A stretch of DNA of 64,000 bases from the human T2T-CHM13v2.0 reference genome, Homo sapiens, in the NCBI RefSeq assembly GCF_009914755.1, contig NC_060946.1; one strand, 5' to 3'. Under the pieces are notes generated by a model, which was not told the origin of the DNA, searched no databases, and saw nothing but the letters and a program-made list of their open reading frames with translations. Made by a program: the position numbers and the translations under genes. Below, one piece after another: positions 52,892 to 64,000 of the stretch. Numbering within the stretch: position 1 is the first letter of the stretch; every line of letters begins with the position of its first letter.

Positions 52892-53977
52892 TTAGCAGGC
52901 ATGGTGGTGCATTCCTGTAGTCCCAGCTACTCGGGAGGCTGAGGCTCAAAAATCACTTCAATCCAGGAGGAGGAGGTTGCAGTGAGCCGAGATTGCACCA
53001 CTGCACTCCAGCCTGGGTGACAGAGCAAGACACTGTCTAATAATAATAATGTCTTTTAAAAATTCTAAGTCCACTTGCTAAGAGGCCATGCAATGGGCAT
53101 ACTCCAGGCTATCTGTGCAAATCGGTTTCAGAAAAACAAATGCCACTTGCCCAATTGCCTTCTAGTTAAACAATAATGAGGCCACTAGCCCCAGGTCAGG
53201 AGAGATCAGAAAAGTAAATACTCAGCGAAATCAAAGTGTTGAACTATTCACCTCAACACCTTGACCCTCAGCAAGTGAGACAAGAACGGGACAGGTGAGA
53301 AAGCAACCATCGAGGCCAGGTGTGGTGGCTCACGCTTGTAATCCCAGCACTTTGGGAGGCCGAGGCAGGCAGATTACGAGGTCAGGAGATCGAGACCACG
53401 GTGAAACCCCGTCTCTACTGAACATACAAAAAATTAGCCGGGCGTGGTGGCAGTCGCCTGTAGTCCCAGCTACTCGGAGAGGCTGAGGCAGGAGAATGGC
53501 GTGAACCCGGGAGGCGGAGCTTGCAGTGAGCAGAGCTCGCGCCAATGCACTCCAGCCTGGGCGACAGAGCAAGACTCCGACTCAAAAAAAAAAAAAAAAA
53601 AAAGCAACTATCGAAAAACTTCATCTGTAAGTCATGATGCTTCAGGAAAGTGAAAGAGACCTTCCTATGAGATTTGCAAGTGGGTGTACTGTTTAAGGAC
53701 TAGAATAATTAAATACGTCTCTTATATCAGAACTGCTTTCCCTTCTTTTAACCTGCTATTATAGCCCAAGGTAAGGATCCGTGTAAAACCTACAAAGTTT
53801 CTACTTTTGTCCCCATCCCTCTCTGTCCCTGAGTCTGTTCTCTCTCTCTCTCTCAGTGTGCCACTGTGATTCTGTGTTTGACTGTTTTTCCTTTTTTAAT
53901 GGCCCTTTTCTGCCTTCATTTATCCCTATTCCCAGATGTTCTCTCATGTCTCATTGCCTAGTCTCTCCCTAGCCTCC

Positions 53978-54340
53978 TGTATTAGTCTGTTCTCACGCTG
54001 CTAATAGAGACATACCCGAGACTGAGTCATTTATAAAGGAAAGGGGTTTAATGGACTCACAGTTCCACATGGCTGGGGAGGCCTCACAATCATGGTCGAA
54101 GGCAAAGGAGAAGCAAAGACACCTCTTAAATGGTGGCAGGCAAGAGAGCATGTGCAAGGGAACTGTCCTTCATAAAACCATCAGATCTGTGAGACGTAAT
54201 CACTATCACGAGAAAAGTATGGGAAAGACCCACCCCCAAGATTCAATTACCTCCCACTGGGTTCCTCCCATGACACATGGGAATTATGGGAGCTACAATT
54301 CAAGATGAGATTTGGGTGGGGACACAGCCAAACCGTATCA
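53978..54340 (-). mobile_element. Solo THE1 LTR (first of an adjacent pair)
   Basis: tgtattagtctgttctcacgctgc...aaccgtatca; left flank cctcc. Confidence 0.9.
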
Positions 54341-54344
54341 CCTC

Positions 54345-54691
54345 TGTATTAGTCCATTTTCATGCTGCTGATAAAGACATACCTGAGACTAGGCAATTTA
54401 CAAAAGAAAGAGGCTTAATTGGACTCACTGTTCCATATAACTGGGGAGGCTTCACAATCATGGCAGAAGGCAAGGAGGAGAAAGTCACATCTTACATGGA
54501 TGTGCAGAAAAACTCCCGTTTTTAAAACCATCAGATCTCATAAGACTCAGTCACTATCACGAGAACAGCCCAGGAAAGACCCACCCCTATGATTCAATCA
54601 CCTTCCACCAGGTTCCTCCCATGACACATGGGAATTGTTGGAGTTACAACTAAAGATGAGATTTGGGTGGAGACACAGCCAAACCATATCA
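54345..54691 (-). mobile_element. Solo THE1 LTR (second of the pair, different subtype)
   Basis: tgtattagtccattttcatgctgctgataaag...aaccatatca; flanks acctc/acctt. Confidence 0.9.
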
Positions 54692-54701
54692 ACCTTCATA
54701 A

Positions 54702-54974
<273 letters not shown>

Positions 54975-55069
54975 TAGGCTTCCCAAAGTGCTGGAATTAC
55001 AGGCATGAGCCACTGCTTCTGGCCTCCATAACTATTTAAATATAATGTTGAATTAGAAGTCATTATTAG

Positions 55070-55466
<397 letters not shown>

Positions 55467-56044
55467 CTAATAACTCCTCATGTATGATAGAACACACAGC
55501 ACTTGAATTAAAATTTATTACAGGGAGTCTGGTTGTCTAAGATTTTTTCTGGCCTTTCAGCAACCACAGATTCTTTGGTCCTTCCTTGATGTGTCCACCC
55601 TCCTCAAGTAGCAAATCATTTGCTTCTTTTATTCCTCCTTGATTCTCACCACATCACTTCCAGACTGCCCTGGGAAAATGAAATTCTTCATCTATTATCG
55701 TGCATGTAACATACACTTTTAAGACGATAATTTATTGTTTCCCGTCTTATACTTTCTTTTTTAGGCTCTGGTTATTGTGTCCTGGGACATTTAGGGCAAG
55801 GTAGGAAGCAGAAGCTTCTTTAAAGGTATTTCCCCTATTGGTTTTTATTTCTAAAAGACTAAGGCCATTGAAGAAATTAGGCCTCCTTTATTTCTTCCTG
55901 GAGAGAGATGAAACAGTTTTTCCTTTGAGGAAGATGTTGAAGAAGGGATTGTTCATATAGTAAAAAAATATTTCAGGAGATTATGGAGAAAATTTACTGG
56001 GTCCTGTAGGAAGAAGAAACAATTACCTGTGCCAGGGCACTTAT

Positions 56045-56712
56045 TTTTATTTTTTTAATACTTTAAGTTCTGGGGTATATGTGCAGAACGTGCAGTTTTG
56101 TTGCATAGGTATACACGTGCCATGGTAGTTTGCTGCACCCATCAACCCGTCATCTACATTAGGTATTTCTCCTAATGTTATCCCTCCGCTAGTCCCCTGC
56201 CCCTGACAGGCCCCAGTGTGTGATGTTCCCCTCCCTGTGTCCATGTGTTCTCATTGTTCAACTCCCACTTATGAGTGAGAACATGCAGTTTTTGGTTTTC
56301 TGATCTTGTGACAGTTTCCTGAGAATGATGGTTTCCAGCTTTATCCATGTCCCTGCAAGGGACATGAACTCATCCTTTTTAATGACTGCATAGTATTCCA
56401 TGGTGTATATGTGCCACATTTTCTTAATCCAGTCTATCATTGATGGGCATTTGGGTTGGTTCCAACTCTTTGCTGTTGTGAATAGTACCACAATAAACAT
56501 ATGTGTGCATGTGTCTTTATCGTAGAATGATTTATAATCCTTTGGGTATATACCCAGTAATGGGATTGCTGGGTCAAATGGTATTTCTAGTTCTAGATCC
56601 TTGAGGAATCACCACACTGTCTTTCACAATGGTTGAACTAATTTACACTCCCTCCAACAGTGTAAAAGCATTCCTATTTTTCCACAACCTCTCCAGCATC
56701 TGTTGTTTCTGA
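56045..56712 (-). mobile_element. 5'-truncated L1PA (ORF2 C-terminus + 3' UTR)
   Basis: Minus-strand peptide WNQPKCPSMIDWIKKMWHIYTMEYY; 14-bp TSD gccagggcacttat (56031-56044 and 56713-56726). Confidence 0.92.
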
Positions 56713-57073
56713 GCCAGGGCACTTATAAAGAGAATGTGTGCTGGGTTAAAGATGACTTCTCACTTTAAGCCTTCAATATATTATTTTTCATAGTGATCAT
56801 AAAGCATTTAATAATTCAATAAGCATATTTAAGAAAAAACCATGTTCAGGGAGATTAAATAAATACAAAAATTTGCAGTACAATGAAAATCAAAGACAAT
56901 CACTCCTTCAGCTAAGTCAGTCCTACACTAGGATGAGTGCTGTGATGAAGGAACCAAAGGAACTAGAGAGGTTCAGGAAAGTTAACTTCCCCGTAAACCA
57001 GCAAACCAAATTTGAAACTTGATGCATTTATTTCTAAAGTCAATGAATGATCTTGTGCCAGTACAGGCTGTAA

Positions 57074-57409
<336 letters not shown>

Positions 57410-57445
57410 AAGAACTCCTTTTTATTTCCACATTCTATGTTTTAG

Positions 57446-57555
57446 GATAGTGGTCATACCTGTCTTAATAACGGCAGTCATTGAGCATGTAGAAGTTGCT
57501 GGACCTCCAGCACACCCCAGGCCCCCAGAAGAAGTGGGGCCTCCTGGTGCACCAG
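57446..57555 (+). pseudogene. Signal-like + degenerate collagen exon of an HP-20-like (C1q/TNF family) gene remnant
   Basis: Pyrimidine tract and tttag acceptor (AG 57444-57445); strong donor CCAG|GTAAGA at 57555/57556 (phase 1, splits a Gly codon). Reads IVVIPVLITAVIEHVEVA-GPP-AHP-RPP-EEV-GPP-GAP-G: a hydrophobic stretch then a Gly-X-Y register with three Gly replaced. No in-frame ATG found. Confidence 0.75.
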
Positions 57556-58397
57556 GTAAGAAGTCTATTTCTTTTGCTTTAAAATGCCCCTCTCCTTTTC
57601 TCCTTTTGTTTGGGAATGTCATCCTTCTCCTAGGCTCAGAATCTTGGAAAACTGATCATTGTAGAGTGATCATCAGCCTGAATCATAGATCCAGTGGAAA
57701 AAAATGAAACTTCCTGGACCCAGATTTCTTTTATATGTGAAGAGTCAGATTCATAGGTGGAGGCAGATTTATGGTAGGGGCTGTGAAGCAGTTACCACTT
57801 GTGATCAAAGAGTGCTGGGGCTGGGTCATCTGCCTGGTTTAGAGCCAGGAAAGAAAGGCAGCAAAAACTTTAGCAGGAAAACAGCCCCAGGAGAAGAGCA
57901 GGATTGAACCATATTAACTGGGCAAATAACAGATTATCCTTGGGTTGGCTCTCAGTGAGCACATGGGTGTAGTAGAAGGATTCATCTTAGACACTACCCA
58001 CTGTAGAACAGGCCTGCAGAAGTCATTTCCTTTCCAGGTTGGCTCAGGAGTGGATGGGACTTGATGCCCCTCTGCCTGTAGCTGAGTAAGGCTGGGTTGG
58101 ATGAGAGTTTCAGGGAAGTCCACACATTGTGCAAAGTTTCCCTTGCTTCTAATAGAATAGTCACTGGATATCCAGGTGTTGTCCTGCCTTGGGTTCAAGA
58201 GACTATCGGTTTGGTGACTTCCAGTCTCATTTATCTCAAAGATAAAAGACCGAGATCCTTGGATTCAAAATCTCCAGGAAAAACAATATCATTAAATACA
58301 TTTTAGATTAATTGAAGTTAGGAGAAAATAAACAACATTCCATAAATTTGCTGCTACATTTTTCTAAACCTTCATCATGAGCACAAAGCCTAATCTA

Positions 58398-58769
<372 letters not shown>

Positions 58770-59044
58770 TTATATTCATTTAGAACTATTGTTTCCCTGA
58801 CACTGTGGTAAGTACTTTTATTGGATTGTCTCTTTCCTATCTTCTTGAAGTTTCATAATAGTCCTATGAGAATATATGATTGTTTCCTCCTCCTCTATTG
58901 TGTGGTCAAAGAAACAGAGACTCAGAGAATTTAAGTAATTGGACTAGGTGCTGGATAATAGGACAATAGGACAGAAGGACAGAATGTGGTTTGCTCTCTT
59001 TATAAACCAAAAGTTCATATTCTTAAAAATGATGCTATGCCAAC

Positions 59045-59404
59045 TGTATTAGTCTGTTTTCATGCTGCTGATAAAGACATACCCAAGACTGGGTAATTTA
59101 TAAAGAAAAAGAGGTTTAGCAGACTCACGGTTCCACATGGCTGGGGAGGCCTCACAATTATGGTAGAAGGTGAAAGGCACATCTTACATGGCAGCAGACA
59201 AGAGAGAATGAGAACCAAGTGAAAGGGGTTTCCTCTTATAAAACCATCAGATCTTGTGAGACTTATTCACTACCATGAGAACAGTATGGGAGAAACCACC
59301 CCCATGATTATTAATTCCCACCAGGTCCCTCCCACAACATGTGGGAATTATGGGAGCTACAATTCAAGATGAGATTTGGGTGGGGCCACAGCCAAACCAT
59401 ATCA
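59045..59404 (-). mobile_element. Solo THE1 LTR in the intron of the HP-20-like remnant
   Basis: tgtattagtc...ccatatca with exact 5-bp TSD CCAAC on both sides. Confidence 0.92.
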
Positions 59405-60224
59405 CCAACAAAGCAATATTTTTTTTACAATTAACCTAAAACAGATTGATAGTGTTGAATTGACACCCTAATCATTGCTTGGGATGTTAAGGGCAAAACA
59501 GGAAACACCTGAGCAAGCATGGGGGATTTAATATAAATCCTGGGAACTTGGGAAGGCAATACAAAGCCTTAAGATGCAATTAGTTTCATGACCATTTAGG
59601 TCCAGAAATAGCCATGGTTGAAGTCAAGGATAATGAAGCTTGGGACATGTGATCCAGGGAAAGCTAAGTATATGGATCAAGGCAGGGTGGGAAATAAAGG
59701 AGTGGGTATTACCTTCCAAGGTGGGTTGTTTTGAGGGCTCTGTTAGGGGAGGAGAAAACTGAAGCTGATATTAGAACCACAAATATTAAGGTCAAAAAAA
59801 AAAAAATAAACTGGAGATCTATATGTCTCAAAGAGAGCTTGTGAAGTTCCATAGCCATGAAATGAATGACTAAATGTGCCCACTGAGTTGTCAGCTTCTC
59901 GTTGGTTGTTTCTCATTTTTTCTGGAATGTCCTGGTGCCCCAGGTTTACCACAATATACAGGAGAAATAAGTGAAATGACAAAATGCCCCTGTCCTGATA
60001 TAGAAAGGTCAGCCTTTACCGTGAAGCTCAGTGGAAAACTTCCTCTTCCTTCCAAGCCCATCATCTTCACAGGGGTCCTGTACAATGCCCAGAGGGATTT
60101 AAAGGAGGCCATGGGAGTCTTTGCTTGCAGGGTGCCTGGGAATTACTACTCCAGCTTTGATGTTGAGCTGCATCATTGCAAGGTGAATATTTGGCTAATG
60201 AGGAAGCAAATTTTGGCTAATGAG

Positions 60225-61724
<1,500 letters not shown>

Positions 61725-62080
61725 TGATATGATTTGGCTGTGTCCCCACCCAAATCTCATCTTGAATTCCCACGTGTCATGGGAGGGACACAATGGGAGG
61801 TAATTGAATCATGAAGGCAGGTCTTTCCCATGCTGTTCTCGTGATAGTGAATAAGTCTCACAAGATCTGATGGTTTCAAAAAATGGGAGAGTCCCTGCAC
61901 AAGTTCTCTCTTTGCCTGATGCCATCCATGTAAGACATCACATGCTCCTCCTTGCCTTCCACCGTGATTGAGAGGCTTCCCCAGCCACGTGGAACTGTAA
62001 GTCCAATTAAACCCTTTTCCTTTATAAATTACCCGGTCTTGGGTATGTCTTTATCAGCAGTGTGAAAACAGACTAATACA
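61725..62080 (+). mobile_element. THE1 3' LTR
   Basis: TGATATGATTTGGCTGTGTCCCCACCCAAATCTC...GACTAATACA, with TG/CA ends. Confidence 0.92.
62006..62011 (+). terminator. LTR poly(A) signal ATTAAA, candidate 3' end of the chimeric transcript
   Basis: ATTAAA at the usual THE1 LTR position, in sense with the fused ORF; use is not demonstrated. Confidence 0.5.
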
Positions 62081-62240
62081 GGTGGTATCTCATTGTGCTT
62101 TTAATTTGCATTTCCCTGATAATCAGTGATGTTGAGCATTTTTCCATGTGCTTGTTGGCCATTTGTATATGAATTCTCTATTCATATCCTTTGCCCACTT
62201 TTTGATGGGAGCATTTGTTTTTTTCTTGCTGATTTGTCTA
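62081..62240 (-). mobile_element. L1 ORF2 fragment abutting the THE1 3' LTR
   Basis: ggtggtatctcattgtgcttttaatttgcatttccctgat...gatgttgagcattttt is reverse-strand L1; older L1-like sequence continues toward the window end. Confidence 0.8.
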
Positions 62241-63259
62241 CTCCCTACTCTTTTTCCTCTCCTTCTGTTGCTTCCTTTACACATTTGTCAGTTCAGTTAA
62301 TGGGGTCCTTCATTTCTCTCAGACTGTTTATTTTCCCTCATTCTTTTTTTCCTTCTTAGGATCACAAAACTTTTCATTTTCCTTTAAGTTTGCTGATTCT
62401 TTCTTCTGACAATTCAAATTTACTCTTATACCCCTCTAGTAAATTTTCTATTTCAGTTCTTTGCTGTACTTTTTAACTCCAAAACTTTCATTTTCTTTTT
62501 TATTTTATAATTTATATCTCTTTATGTGCTATTCTCTATCTGGTAAACTAGCTAGCCTATGGTTTAGCTTGCTATTCTCATGGAAATACCAGCCTCTTCT
62601 TAATTGCTTACCACCAAAATCTACATTGCCTTTAAGGGAACCCTTAGGCTTGACTTTCCCCATGCTCTTTTCCAAAGCAAGTTAGCTCCTTTGGGGAAAG
62701 AAATGACCTTTGTTTGTGGTCATTGCTTTTCTCTCCCCACTTGCAAATAATCTCTGGGCCATTTCTTCAGAGCTAGTGGGTGCAGAGGTGGTCTGATTCT
62801 TTTGGAGTGACACTCTTGCTTTATGATCAGGAAACTGGGCTGGAGGGCTGCCTCTGGTCTCCTTGGCTTGCTTCTCCAGTAATGGAACCTCTGCCCTATG
62901 AATGAGTTGGGTGGGAGAGGTTAGAGCCCCATTATTCTCAGCCTGCTGTGTCTGGGATAGAGCTTCCTATGAGTAAGGGCTTGGTGGAAGAACTCTGGGC
63001 TGCCCTCTCCTGGAATTCAGCCTCTGGAACATGGATCTGGGAGGGGGTTGCAGGTGGTGGGAAATGCTGGCAGCCTCCCCCTTCTGGGAAGATGCTGTGG
63101 TCCTCAACTGGGAGCTGGGGGAAGAAAGACCAGTCTAAGTGGCTCTACCCACCCAGAGCAGAGCTCCATCATACAGAACAGTGGGTGCAGTGGGGAAAAA
63201 AAGGGGATGAATTGTAGCTCAAGTGCTACAGTCTCTTGTTCTTACTGAGATTTAGTAGA

Positions 63260-63784
63260 TGTGATGGTTAATATTGAGTGTCAACTTGATCGAAGGATAC
63301 AAAGTATTGTTCCTGTGTGTATCTGTGAGGGTGTTGCCAAAGGAGATAAACATTTGAGTCAGTGGACTGGGAGAGGCAGACCTACCCTCAATCTGGTGTC
63401 CTCTAATCAGCTGCCAGCATGGCTAGAATACAGCAGGAAGAAGTTGAAGGGATTTGAATTGCTGAGTCTTCTGGCTTTCATCTCTCTCCCATGCTGGATG
63501 CTTCCTGCCCTCGAACATCAGACTCCAAGTTCTTCAGCTTTTGGACTCTTGGACTTACACCAGTGGTTTGCCAGGGGCTCTCAGGCCTTCAACCACAGAC
63601 TGAAGGCTGTACTATTGGCTTCCCTACTTTTGAGGTTTTGGGACTCAGACTGGCTTCCTTGCTCCTCAGCTTGCAGACGGCCTATTGTGGGACTTCACCT
63701 TGTGATTGTATGAGTCAATATTCCTTAATAAACTCCCTTTCATATATACATCTACCCTATTAGTCCTGTCCCTCTAGAGATACA
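63260..63784 (+). mobile_element. MLT2A-like (ERVL) solo LTR
   Basis: tgtgatggttaatattgagtgtcaacttgat...ccttaataaactcccttt...cctctagaga..taca; flanks gtaga/gaaga. Confidence 0.85.
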
Positions 63785-64000
63785 GAAGATTTTCTTGAAA
63801 AAAATATTTCTTTACTTACTACATGCCCTTAGGACAATTTAAAGATACTTTACATTAAAAAGAAAAGATTTTTAACAATTATGGTTGCTGGTGAAGGAGT
63901 CATTAAAGCTCTTCATGCCGCCATCCTGGAGATCATCTTTGCCCACAAATATTAACAAGTAGAACATAATATCTACTGAAATCTATGGAAAAAATTATTT

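Noticed and set aside
59874-59925. ATG 59874 with MCPLSCQLLVGCFSFFL as a true signal peptide
   Set aside because: It overlaps the intronic pyrimidine tract, which explains the hydrophobicity, and a better leader exon exists upstream. It cannot be fully excluded for an unspliced transcript.
63261-63763. 150-aa and 90-aa ORFs
   Set aside because: Entirely within the MLT2 LTR.

Overview
Primate genomic DNA, probably human because one Alu looks AluYg6-like. The window is largely repeats: about 45 Alus, L1/L2/MIR/CR1 fragments, many MaLR (THE1/MST/MLT) LTRs, a near-full-length hAT-Charlie fossil (6.8-10.5 kb) and a decayed class I ERV on the minus strand (40.6-47.8 kb). Nearly all ORFs in the track are repeat-derived noise. 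The one gene-like locus is at 57.4-62.1 kb (+). It is a remnant of a secreted collagen/C1q gene most similar to hibernation plasma protein HP-20. A signal-like plus degenerate collagen exon splices in frame to an exon with the N-terminal half of a gC1q domain. That half is fused in frame, through a deletion junction carrying a 22-nt-period duplication, to about 330 stop-free codons of THE1 internal sequence. The THE1 3' LTR supplies a poly(A) signal. Family and subfamily names come from recalled consensus or protein sequences, not searches, and repeat boundaries are approximate.
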